Assembly: GCA_013265495.1 (NCBI GenBank) | Contig: MU057880.1 | Location: 1,332,527 to 1,396,526, forward strand | DNA length: 64,000 bases | Origin: Vicugna vicugna | Taxonomy: Eukaryota | Direction of reading: 5' to 3' | In this document: piece by piece, positions 13,305 through 25,570 of the stretch | Numbering within the stretch: the stretch's first letter is position 1 | Layout: each line of letters begins with the position of its first letter | Position numbers and translations under genes: made by a program | Notes under the pieces: generated by a model | The model's database searches: none | What the model was told of the DNA's origin: nothing | The model's input: only the letters and a program-made list of their open reading frames with translations

Positions 13305-14350
13305 AATCATTTAATTAAAAATATTGACTAAGTGCCTAATTTATAAATAACAGTTTACAAATCCCTACTTTCCTGGAGCTTACATTCCAGTGGGGGAAAG
13401 TGGATGATTTAAAAAAAAAAACCCAACAACAAACAATGACATAGTATGTTGGAAGATTGTAAATGGACCAGTAGAATTGGAGCAAGTAAGAAGAGAGGAG
13501 AGTGCCAGGGCTGCCACTTTAAACGGAGTGATTTGGGAAGATCTCAGTGAGGAGGTGATATTTAGGAAGTGCTTGGAAGCAGCGAGGGATGGAGTCACAT
13601 CTTTTTGGAAAAAGAGCAGGCAAAGGCCCTGAGGCAATGGCTGCCTCCTGTGTTCTGGGAAGAGCAAGAAGACCAGCATGACCAGAGCCAAGGGCACCAC
13701 GGGGACAGCTGGAAGGAACAAGTGTCAGAAAGTGAAAGGGCTGTGCCCCATTCTAAGGACTTTCAATTTTGCTCAGATTGAAGGATTTAAGGGGTGACAC
13801 CATCTTGCTTCCCTTTTAATGGGCTCACCCTGGTTGGCGTGTGGAGAGCACATTTGAGGGGCAAGAGCAGGAGCAGGAAGGCCATCCAGGGCCGTGGAGT
13901 GATTCAGCGAGCCACGATGATGTTTGGACCACGTGGGGTAGAAGGAGGTGACTGGATGCCAGACACCTTTGAAGGTGGAGCTACTGGATTGCACGTGGGT
14001 GTGAGAGATGCCATGAATGATGACCAGGATGGTGGAGCCTGCAGGTGGATGGGCTTCAGGGTGGAGGGAGAGGCTTACTTTTGGGCATTTTAAATTTGAG
14101 CTGTCTTAGGCATGATGGCTCCTGAAAAAGAGTAACAGCATAGCTAGAAAACAGAGCTATTTTAGTGCCTTGGAATCTAAGAACAAGAGAAAAACAAAAC
14201 GTGGCACAGAGGAGGGAATGAGCAACTGTGTCCGAGGACCGAGAACTGATCACTTGTAACTGATTCTGAAAATCATTTTCATTGGAGGAGTGGGGATGAA
14301 AGTCCATTTGGAGTGTTTTAAAAAAAAATGGGAAGAGAAATTAGAGATGG
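13305..14350 (-). mobile_element. L2a-like LINE fragment
   Basis: cctggagcttacattccagtgggg, caaaggccctgaggca, tttgaaggtggagctactggattg: typical antisense L2. Confidence 0.85.
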
Positions 14351-17336
14351 TATGTATATGCTGAAACATGGTCTAAGATAATAAATTCATCTTGAAATTT
14401 ATATTACCTGGAAAATCAAACTTTCTTGCATTATTTTTTATTTTTTTAATACTCCATGACTTTTCCCCTCTATTTCTCCTATCTGAGCCCCGGGGTAAGA
14501 CCTACATGGCAAGGAAGAGTAAGGAATACACTGAAGACTCGTTTGCACAGCACACGACCAAGCCAATAGGAAAGCCAAGACTGCCTTGACTTCTCTTCCT
14601 TTCACGTTTAAGGGGATGCCTCATTAGGTAAGTTAGACATTTTCAGCTATGATACCTGTCATCGCGGTACAGACTTTTAATGTTATGAAGTTCTATTTAA
14701 CAACTCGCATGTAAACAGTACCGACGTGTGGTTTCCCTAATGACCCTTCCTGGCTGGCATCTGATTTCAAAGCTTTCCTGACTCTCACGGAGCCTAAGAT
14801 GCCCTTCTCCTCGTGCATCCCAGGAATGAACATCCTTAATCGGCAATGAGAGTCCAATCGGTGGGGCTGTTTTAGGGAAGATCCCTGCAGAAAGCCGCCA
14901 GCAGGGCTGTGCTCTGCTCGCAACCATGCTCTCTGTAAACATCACACGTGAAGAGTAACACCAAACAGTGCCGCAAGCTTTAGATGACTGCGCTTCATAT
15001 CAGGCGTTCTTGTTCTATGTTTAGTGATGATCAAACATCCCTGTGGCTCCATTTCAGTTTCCGTTCCACACGCCTTTCCTTCCTGCTGTACCTTCCTTGA
15101 CTTTTCTTTCTCTGCCTCCTCTGAGGACTTTCAGTCAATCAAATGGCCTGTGTTAACTGCCGTCCTTCATGCCTGCCTCTTCTCTGCTACCTGCCTAATC
15201 ACTAAACGGCAGTAGGATGGATTAAAAAACACACACACACAAAACATAAGCGAAAAAGAATTGGGCTGGAGAATATGGATGGAAGCGGGGGTTAAAAAAA
15301 GATAAGTCAATCCCAGACGTTGAAGCTTGGAAGAGACTACGTACAGTGGATGGATGCAGGAGCTGCTTTCAGATGACAAGAGGCGAGGACAAGAGGAGAC
15401 CAGAGGAGAGAGGCAGCGAGGTGCTGCCGAGAGCTGAGAACAGACATGAGCCTTGCTTGTGTCCCTGTGCTGGACCAAGGATGCTGAGATGACAGCAACG
15501 GGGAAAGTTACAGCTAAGAAGTCCAGGCCCTGGGACTGGGTGGTATCTCTGAAAACTAGAAATGAACTACCAAGGACCCTCTAATCAATAATTAGGGCCT
15601 AGATACTGCAGGAGCTAAATTATCCACACACGCCAAAATTAGTAATATGGGGGTCAAAATTTTACTTGTTAAAGAGTCAGTGTAATCCAGCAACAGAATC
15701 ACTGCTTCCTGCATTCTTGGGCATCTCTCACCTTCTGTAATTTTCTTCGTCTATCATTTACTGGATTTTTTCAGAAAGCTCTGACCTTGGCGACTTTTTT
15801 TTTAATTTTTTTGGATAACAGTATGCATAAGCATCTGCTTCCTTGACTGCAAATGCCAAAGTTCCTGGCCAAGAACCGAAGACAGGTTTCTCAACATTTT
15901 GCAAATAAATCCTTTGGAAAACAAGGGATATCATGGGAATGAGACTACTTTGCAGTTAAAAAAATAGTGGAAAACTTGCTCGCTCTTTTTGGTGATGAAA
16001 AATACTCATAAATTATACATTTGCTTCTTGGATGGGCATAAAATCTGTGATGGTCTCACCTTCCGTCCTCAGAGGTATCCGCATTTGATCTTGTCAAAAT
16101 TTCAGAAGGCTGGCCAGAACAGTAATATTTCAAGAACACCTTGTCACTTAGTTTGGTATCACAAATTCTCTGCAGGAAGTGACCGACGCCTCGTACTTCA
16201 ATTTAGTGCATCTCTGGAGTCCAGGTGCCTTCCCGGTTACTCACATTTTGTACTGATGTAGTTCTACTGGGAGTTTCAGGGAGATGGATGAGGAGGTGGC
16301 CCCTGTCTGTAGGAGGGGAAAAAAGACATCGTGTGCAGCCGATGCTTAAAACTCTGCCTGTCATTTTCAAGAAGTGTCCATGGCCACTCCTTTGCACAGA
16401 TCGTGAAAGATTGAAGAGGCTTGGGGCAAAGTCCCCGCAGATTGTTCCATTTCTTTATGACTTACTTGTCACTTCATGACACCTTGGATGCTCATTTTTC
16501 CCTCGTTTCACCTCCAGAGAAGGTTGCCAGGGGACACACCGTGTGCTTGCCAGCATCTTTTCTGTTCACGCATCTCTAGAGAAGTTTGTGCAAATAATAT
16601 GTGATATTTTATGCTCTTAAATTCCAGGGGAGCAAATAAATGACTTTCTTAGCATGCTACCAAGCCAAAAAAAAGGGGAAATTACCAGGTTAAATTTCAC
16701 TGGTCATGGCCAAAATCTCATCTTCTATAACTTTCTGAGGAAATTTCATGAACAGCCTCTTAGTTGTTTTTATGTATAACTTTTTTCTCCTTTTTAACAA
16801 ACTATTGTTTCAAAATTTATACAGGGTAAGAAATCAAATAGCCATCTCTGACATGATAATTACATATGGCTTTGACATACTTTAAAAATGAGCTATTCAT
16901 AAATCCACTGACGGTACATTATAAGTTGGCTGTCTAAATAAGTTTCTCTCATGTCGACATAGTTGTTGTACTAAATGTGCTTCTGTAAGCAGCCATGAAT
17001 TATTTCTGAATGGCTTATTGTCAAGAAATAAACAAGCAGATTTTTTCCCCTTTCTCTCCACCTAAAATCATGTATTCTTTCAGTTAGAGTTCAAAATACT
17101 GCATTTGAAATGAATAATCTTGAGGTTGAAAAGGCAGCCCCAAATTAAATGTGTTTATTTTTCCCAATTCGTTAATGCCATATTCAATCAATAGCAGTTA
17201 CTTTTAGTAAAATCACATTTGGACAGATAACGGCAAGGAAATGTTTAATGTGAGTCCTGAGTTTTGATATGATAACATTGATGCATATCTTATACAAAAG
17301 AATCACTTTTTCTTGAGTTCTGCAGAATATGAGTTT

Positions 17337-17450
17337 TTTTTTTTACAGTGACATCTTTTATTTTTATAATTTTTTTTATTGAAGTATAGGCAGTTTACAA
17401 TGTTGTGTCAATTTCTGGTGTCCAGCATCATGTTTCAGTCAGACATATAC
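17337..17450 (-). mobile_element. Very short L1 3' tail with TSD ATGAGTTT
   Basis: ttttattgaagtataggcagtttacaatgttgtgtcaatttctggtgt. TSD at 17329-17336 and 17451-17458. Confidence 0.9.
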
Positions 17451-17772
17451 ATGAGTTTCTAAGTCTAGAGGTGTTTTAAAACAGAACTCTGAATGGTGAA
17501 GGGCTGGTTGAATCAGCGCCATGCTATGAGTTCTCTGCACGTGCCTTGTGGGGTGTAGACTCCTGTAAAGTCTCATCTTGGCATAAGAAGTGTGTGTGTT
17601 GAGTGGAGAGGGTGAGGAGGTTCTGAGTGGGGGTGGGGGAACGGGAATGGTAAGGAGGATTCTGGTTTTCCTAGAAACTGGAAGTTTCCATAGAAAAAAT
17701 ATTGAGACTAATTTAAAGTTTTCCATTATAACATGTTTGCCCTAATGAATTTTGTAAAATCATGCTGTTTTA

Positions 17773-17936
17773 TTTTTTTTAATTACAAAAATTTTTGCTC
17801 AAATTTTTTTGGGGGGGAAGTAATTAGATTTATCTATTTATTTATTTAATACTTTTGGTGGAGGTACTGGGGATTGGACCTGGGACCTCGTGAATGCTAG
17901 GCATGCACTCTGCCACTGAGCTGTATCCTCCCTCAC
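17773..17936 (-). mobile_element. Camelid tRNA-derived SINE (Vic-1-like)
   Basis: Antisense A/B-box tRNA-like head. 16-bp TSD aaatcatg(c/t)tgtttta at 17757-17772 and 17937-17952. Confidence 0.92.
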
Positions 17937-18129
17937 AAATCATGTTGTTTTAAATATCCTAGAATTGCATTTAATTTTTTGGAAATGGAAAAAGAAAACT
18001 AATCAGTCGTGGCTGCATAAGCTACTGTTCACATTTTGTTGCATTTTCTCCCATTATTTTTGATTTTCTATATTTTATGCTCCACCCAGTGCCTTATTTG
18101 ATGTAGATTTTTCAAGCAAATAGTGGTGG

Positions 18130-18370
18130 ATTACCTACGAAGCACCTACTTGAGCAGGTACTTGGCGTGGTTTATCCTGTTACATCTATATAGCATTCCT
18201 GGGAAGCAGGTAATATTGATTACTTCTGCTTTACAGATTTAAAAATTGAGGAAGACTTGTAAAGGTTCATTAATTTGCCCAAGGCCATGTGGCTAGTAAA
18301 TTGCAATGTCTGGCCTTAAATCTGGGAAGCCTAACTTCAGAATTCTTGATTTGAATGCTGTGCTGCACTG
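18130..18370 (-). mobile_element. MIR SINE
   Basis: tttacagat..aaaattgagg...taatttgcccaaggcca..tggctagtaa is the MIR core. Confidence 0.8.
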
Positions 18371-19935
18371 TGTCTCTGCAAAGTTACTTCCAGTGGAATT
18401 TATGGAGATTGAAGATAAAGTTATCTGGTTAGTGCCAGAAAAAAACTTTACTATATTTCTCTGTTAAAGATACCACTTATGGGCTCCAAGCTAATTTTGT
18501 GGATTCATTACATTGTTCAGATTTATCAATCTAATTCTTCTTATCAAAATCATGGTTAACAATTTTTTTAAGGAATAATCGGCTTAGTAACTAAGTAGCT
18601 AAATGAATGGCTTTATCTTTAGACTGAATTTTCCTTCTTTTGTATAAGTTCTTAATCTTTCCCTCTTTCTTGACTGTGGTTACCTAACTTAATCAGAGAA
18701 TAGATTTTCTCGCTGCAAAGATTCCTGCTCATTTTGAAATACGTATTTCCTCTTTGGTTTTAAACAAGGGATTGAGGCAAAATTAATTGGGCCGCCCTTT
18801 AAAATTTATTTCTGCAGGTATAAAGCCACCATAGTGCTTGATATTTCTGACTGTACAGAAAATGAAAATTGCAGAAAGGATGCGTGACTCGCAGGGTTGA
18901 AGGCATAACTTACAAAAAATCAGCCTGAGTTTTTATTGCCCAGTTTCAAGGGCATAAATCCTTATTTGACTAAGAATGTGACTGTTCTTTGTGTAACTGT
19001 CTCCGTTATATTCAGATCTAGACATTAGCAGCTGCCCGAGCAAGCCTTTGGTGCCCTTTTGAGCAAATTGAAATGCGCAGAACTCGGAGAGTTGGGTGAA
19101 GAAGGCTGACCTTGAGACGGTGTGAGCAGTTACAGAGAACCTGAAACTCTGGCTTTTCCTACCAGCTTGTCTACTAGATTAAGAGTGATAGTAGCAAACA
19201 TTTGTCATATTGGCATATTATAATGTACGTCTAGGTCCTCGAGTGAACTGCCGGGGGGAGAATTTTTCTGGAGACAACTGGGAGCTCTCTCTTCCACGAT
19301 CAGGGGGAGAGAGCGAAGGAGAATGAAAATCGGAGCAACCCTGCTGCATATGTATTCTCGTGAGCTGCCTAGACATCATGCTGTCATAGGGAACTGAAAA
19401 TGAGAATAGATTAAGTACAATTGGTACCTGGGGATATCTGGTTCTGTCACTCACTAGAGGATTAGCTTAAGAAACAACTAACCTCCCTGGGTCTTAGTTT
19501 CCTCCTCTGAGCACAATGAAAAGATTGGATGGGTTGATCTCTTCTAATATCACATTTATTGACGTTTCAGTAGCTTCCTAGTTCTTAGCTGGTGCCCAGC
19601 ACATAGGAAGCCATTAAAGAGCTTCTGAATAAGGGATTGTTGAGTTAGATGTAGGGAAACCTGGGGGTGATCATGTAATGCAAGAAAGAACACAAGAAGC
19701 TTTATGTGATTGATGAATAATACATACACGGCATCAAGAAAGAAAGGGTTATACATTTCATATTTTAGACTGAATATTTTCCTTGATTTCTGTGAGGACT
19801 CTGATGACTGAGATGATGGTCTTTAGAGTGAAATCAAGTCACTGAATTCTGTAAAGTAGCCAAATAATCAGTCCTAAATGGACAGCCTTGGCGTAGGTGA
19901 TTCTTGGCATCTAAATTCTTCTACAGGGAGGGTAG

Positions 19936-20404
19936 TGTTGTGGGTTGAATTGTGTCTTCTTCGAAAAAGTATGTTGAAATCCTAATCCCCAGTACCTGTG
20001 AATTGGATTCTACTTGGAAATAGAATCTTCGAAGATTTAATCAAGTTAAAATCAGGCCATTATGATGGACATTAACCCAACGTGACTGGTGTCCTTACAC
20101 GAAGAGGGACAACTGGGCACAGATGCCCACAGATAGTGCAGATGGGCACAGGCAAGTGCTATGAGAGGGTGGAAGCAGAGACTGGAATGAAACCTCTATA
20201 AGCCAGGGAACACTGAGGATTGATGTTAATCACCAGAAGCTGGGAGAGAGGCAAGAAACAGACTCCCCCCACCAGAGCCTTCAGAAGGAGCCAACCCTGC
20301 TGACACCTTGATTTCAGACTTAAAGCTTCCGGAACTGGAGAGAACACATTTCTGTTGTACTTTTAATCTCCTCAGTCTTTGTGATGCCCTAGGAAATGAA
20401 CACA
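19936..20404 (+). mobile_element. MLT1B/C-like solo MaLR LTR
   Basis: TG...CA termini with perfect 5-bp TSD GGTAG. Contains gagccaaccctgctgacaccttgatttcagactt. Confidence 0.92.
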
Positions 20405-21139
20405 GGTAGGAAACATCTCCCAAGCTATTCTGTCTTGGATGATGAGTTTAAAATAAGTCCAAGTAATAGAAGAGAGCTCGGGTGGCCACCTAACTATTTC
20501 TTTCCTAATCAAGGAAATCCAAGTTCTGAGAAACCCAAGGATTGTGGCCTTGAGCTAAATATTCTCACTAATGACCAGAAAAGGAGTCTTTTTTTTCCCT
20601 CCTGTGTTTAGAAACTGTCCACAATCACCCACAGTGTCAACGATGTGTGAAATTTGCAACCCTCTGCTTTCTACTATTCTAGTGAAAATAATTTTAAAGT
20701 GTAACTATTTTAAGATTAAAAGATAAGCATCATGCCTTGTGTCCCAGATTCAGGGTCTATGTGTGTATCTATGAAGGCAAACAAGAGCAGATCTCAGTGA
20801 GCTCTAGCGAGGATGCTCAGTGCGGCTGACTCGGTTTCCTAGCAACTACATGACACTATTTGTCTCTTGCATCAAATGAAATGGCAGTTGTACCCTGTGC
20901 TCCCTGCCCCCTCTTCCACATTCACCTCCTCCCAATGAAATCGGGGGAGCACCTTTGGGATATCGAATCTATCTAGATTGCTTGATAGTTAAAGACATGA
21001 AAGGAAGAGGTATTAATTTATCAGGCAAGTGTTATACGCTTCAGCACTAGCTAATATTGTGCAGATGCTTCAAAGAAGTAAACAAAATGTTAAGGTATGA
21101 TCCCTGTCTCCCAGGAGCTTAAAATGTGGTGAAAATTGG

Positions 21140-21320
21140 GATCGAGAGTGTAGTAGACGCAGGAGTCAGATCGCCTTGGCCTTGATCTGACCTTCATGCA
21201 AACTGTATCTGAAACATTGGGCAAATCACACACTCTCTGCTTCATTTCTTCATGCATCAAATTATAGTAGCTCCTGCATATGCCAGAGGAGTTATTCGTG
21301 TGAAGTCATGTGCTTAATCA
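21140..21320 (+). mobile_element. MIR SINE
   Basis: ggagtcagat...ttgggcaaatcac..ctctctgcttcatttcttcat. Confidence 0.65.
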
Positions 21321-21708
21321 ATATCGTCTGTTGTTATATTACTGATATTACTTGTGAAATTCCTTTGAGAAGCAATATTAACCAACATAAAAACAATTCT
21401 AGAGAAGACTTGAGAATAAACACTATGAAGCATGATTGAACCTTGACATATGTAGAACTCATTGCATGTCTGATGTCACCATTTTCATCTTGAAAGGTTA
21501 AGCAAGAACCAGTGTTATGGGCCAATAACGAAGGGCTTACCAATAGGCTGTGTAGAGAAAGCAGTCTGTCCAGTTAATTTTTTTCATCAACTGGGTGGGA
21601 AAGGAAAAACGGCCAAATTTCTTTTCTTAAAATTTTGTGTTCGACTGAATGTTTTTAAAAGGGTTGCTGGGAATGTCCTTCTCATTGGTTAAAAGTGAAT
21701 AGAATAGT

Positions 21709-21853
21709 TTTCTATGTCTATGAGTTTGTTTCTGTTTTGTAAAGAAGTTCATTTGTGTCATTTTTTAAGATTCCAGATATAAGTGATATCATATGGTATT
21801 TTTCTTTCTCGTTCTGGCTTACTGTAAACTGACTATGCTTCAATTAAAAAAAA
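21709..21853 (+). mobile_element. Short 5'-inverted (twin-primed) L1 insertion
   Basis: Antisense L1 piece 21709-21822, then sense terminal about 20 nt plus A tail. TSD aaaa(g/a)tgaatagaatagt. TT|AAAA site. Confidence 0.9.
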
Positions 21854-21891
21854 TGAATAGAATAGTAAAACTCAGGTCACCAGATCTTAGT

Positions 21892-22368
21892 TGTTAGAGG
21901 CAGAATAGTGACCCCTCCTAAAGATACCTGAATCCTAATCCTTCAATCCTGTGACTGCTTCACCTGACATGGTGAAAGGGACTTTGCCGATGTGATTAAG
22001 CTAAGGATCTTGAGGTTGCTGAGAGCAGACTGGATTATCCGGGTGGACACAGTCTAACCACGTGCGTCCTTAATGGCAGAGAACCTTGCCTGGCAGTGGT
22101 TGGAGGGAGACGCCAGGAGAACGGTCTGCTGGGGCAACGAGCATGGAATCCGTGAGCTGAGGGATGTGGGTGGTCTTCAACGGCTAGAAAAGCAAGGAAA
22201 TGCACTTCCTGAGGCATCCAGAACGAGATGCAGCCCTGCTCACGTCTTAACCTCAGCTCCCTGAGACCTGGGTCAGACTTTCGACCTACAGAACATAAGT
22301 AATAAAGTGACATTGTTGTTAAGCCACAAAAGTTATTGTTTGTAACAGCAGCAACAGGAATCGAACCT
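21892..22368 (+). mobile_element. MLT1D-like MaLR LTR
   Basis: ggcagaatagtgacccc...aaagggactttgccgatgtgattaag...tgtaacagcagcaacagga. Confidence 0.88.
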
Positions 22369-22479
22369 ATGAGCTCTTGCACCTTAATCCAAACAAGCTC
22401 AAGAGGATATTTTCAGGCTTTCCCTGCTCTCTCTTCCACTGTCTTTTGCTTTTTCCTTTCTTCCTTTAGTTGTTTTTTA

Positions 22480-25400
22480 AAGGCTGAAGGAGAACTTCCT
22501 TTCCTGCACAAGCTATAGTATCAGAGACTGAAAATACCCTCTGTGCTCAAGAAAATAAAAAAAACGAAACTAAAAACCAAACAGTATATAAAATTTTGCT
22601 TTCAAGACACTAGGTATCAGGCTCAAAGCATAATGATCTCCAAAGAGAAGCAGAGAAAGTGAGTCCTGTCATTCCCCCCGGTTACTGCCACAGGCTACTG
22701 CACAGGGTAGGGGACCCAGCAGGCCTGTGGAGCCCTGAGCTGAAGAGTTGGGTTTGAGGGTTGATCTGGGGAGACCAGGAGGCTAGCGTTCTCTGGACAG
22801 GGCCCTGGAGAAAGGAGAGTTGCACAGAGTTAGCTCCCTGGAGATCCAAAGAGTAGCTTTACCCTGAGGTATTCATCAGAGCACTGATCAGTGCAGGGGA
22901 AGAAGGAACTCCCCAAGGCCGAGGAAGCAGCCAACCAAGAGGATTAGAGGGAAGAGTTGTTGGCACTCACGCAGAGCTGGGACTAGTTCCCATTTCCAGT
23001 AGCAGACTGGAAAACTCGTAACTCAAGATAGATCCTGCCCCAGTACTAGGAAATTATTAGTCCGAGACTGAGCACCTCTCCAGATTTGCGTGAAAATGAG
23101 AAAGTCAAGATCAAAAAGCTGAAGTCATTTCCAAGTACTTGACTGAATCCTAGAATAAAGCGCCAACAAGGCAGAATTCACCCTGTTTGCTATTAAAGTG
23201 ACGCTTACGAAGCCCACAGAGAAGTAGGAAAACATAACGCATATGAAGAGGACGATCAGAAAATCAAAACTGACTTAGAACCGCCATAGATGTTAGAATT
23301 AGCTAAAAAAGAACGTTAAAATAGTTAGAACTATTTTTTATATATACAATGTGTTCAGTAGGAACAGAGAAAAAGGACCTACTTCAAAATTTTAGAGGCG
23401 AAAGTTACAATGTATGACAGAAAAATATATTGGCTGGAATTAACAATGGATTAGACATCACAGAAGAAAAAAAATAGTGAACTTAAAGCCATAGGAACAG
23501 AAACTGTCCAAAATGAGAAGTAGAAAAAAATGTAAAAGAACAACCTCAGTGAGTTGTAGGAAAATTTCAGAAGTTTCACGTCCTTGTAATTCAAGTTCCC
23601 ATGGAGAGAAATGTAGGGGCAGAAGAAACATGTGAAAAAAGAATGGTCAAAATGTTTCCAAACTTGATGAAAACTTTAATCCCATAGATTGGGATCAGTA
23701 CCTCGAAAGCATATAAGAATTTTAAATGTTTATGCCCCTAGTGACAGAGCTTCAAAATACATGACACTAAACAGCTACAACTCCAAGGAGAAATAGAAAT
23801 ATCCTCAATGATAGTCAGAGATGTAATACTCCCTTCTCGGTGAATAACAGAACAAGCAGAGAGAGAATTAACAAGAACGCAGTAGACTTAACCACACTGT
23901 TAACCAACGTGGCCTGTTTGACATTTATAGAATACTATACCCAGCAACAGAGTAATATTTTTCAATTTCAATTTCAATTTCAATTTCAATACAATTTCAG
24001 TTTTAATACAATTTCAATTGAATTCAATTTCAATACTTTTTTTCAACTGCACGTGGAATACTTACCAAGATAAATAATATTCTCAGTCATAAAATAAGTC
24101 CCAAGGAAAATCTCAGTGAGTGATTTGTAAAAGTTAGCAAGCTGATTGCAAAATTCATGTAGAAGTACAAAGGATTTAGAATGGCCAAAATTACTTTAGA
24201 AAAGAACAAATTTAAAGGACTGGTCCTAACTGGTTTCAGCCTTAATAAAGCTACAGCAGTCAAGTAGTGTGGTATTGCCATTCAGACAGACAAACAGATC
24301 AATTAAGAGTAGAGGGTCCAGACGTAGACCCACATGTTTGAGGATAATGGATTTTTGACAAAGGTGGAAGAGTAATTCCATGGAAAAAAGATAGTCTTTT
24401 CAACAATTGATGCTAGAACAATTGAATGTCTATAAACAAAAACAAAAACAAAAAATAAAATTCTTTGATCCATAGTATATTTCACCATATACAAAATTAA
24501 CTTCAAATGGACTATAGACCTAAATGTCAAATCTAAGATGATAATAATCCTGAATGTAAACATAAGGGGAAATCTTTGTGACTTGATATAGGCAAAACTA
24601 TCTTAGATATATTACCAAAAGCATAATCCACAAAGGAGTAAATTAACAAATGGGATTCATCAACATTTTAAAAAAATCTGCTCTTTTGGAGAGACTCTTA
24701 AGAGAATGAAAAAAACAAGCCATATAGTGGGAGAAAATTCAAGGACTCGTATCTAGAATATATAAAGAGTTCTCAAAACTCAAAAAGTAAAAAACAGAAA
24801 ACAAAAAACACAAATAAAACCAACCCACAAAAAATAGGCAAAAGATCTGAAGAATCACTTCACAAAAGGAGATTTACGAATGGCAAATAAACACAGACAA
24901 AAAATGCCCACTCATTAACTAGCAGGCAAATGAAAATTCAAATCACAGTGGATCTCATTACAGACTGTGCAAAAATGATAAAAATTTAAAAGACAGACCA
25001 TACCATATGTGGTCAAGGATGTGGAGGAACCAGAAATGCAAAATGATGCAAGCACTTTAGAAAACAATTTGGTACTATCTTTAATAGTTACATGTATAAA
25101 TGTCACATGATCTATCCATTCTGTTCCTAGTTACTCAGAGAATTACCCAGAGACTTGTACACAAACGTTCATGCAGCCTGATTTGTAAAACCTGGGAACT
25201 GGAAACATTCCAAATGTGTACCACATGTGAATGTATACGCAAGTGGTGGTATATCTATACAATAGAACACACGCACAAAAAAAGCGATGACCTATTCATA
25301 CACGCATCCAAATGGATGATTTCAAAATAACTATGCTGAGGGAAAGAAGCCAGACAGAAAAGGAACACAAAATTGGTGATTTCATTATATATCATTCTAG

Positions 25401-25570
25401 ATCTGTTTCTAGGACCATACTAATTTATAGTAATCTAATCTATGCTAATCTATAATAACATGATGCAAATCAGTGTTTACCTGAGCAGGGGAAGGGAGAA
25501 AGGCGGTGAGTTTGGGGTGGTGGATATCAATGTTATTTTGACTCTGGTGATGGCGTCACGTGTGTACACA
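22480..25570 (+). mobile_element. Old L1 (L1M/MC/MD class) with internal deletions: 5'/ORF1, ORF2 endonuclease piece, ORF2 3' part, 3' UTR
   Basis: ttttaaatgtttatgcccctagtgacagagcttcaaaatacatg (EN region), ttagaatggccaaaa...aagaacaaa, catatacaaaaattaac. Many stops. Confidence 0.85.
23958..24035. repeat. (TTTCAA)n hexamer microsatellite inside L1
   Basis: Directly visible. Gives the QFQFQF run in ORF 23840..24073. Confidence 0.9.

Noticed and set aside
14615..14629. 15-nt micro-exon (aag|GGGATGCCTCATTAG|gtaagt)
   Set aside because: Too short to tell from chance without expression data.
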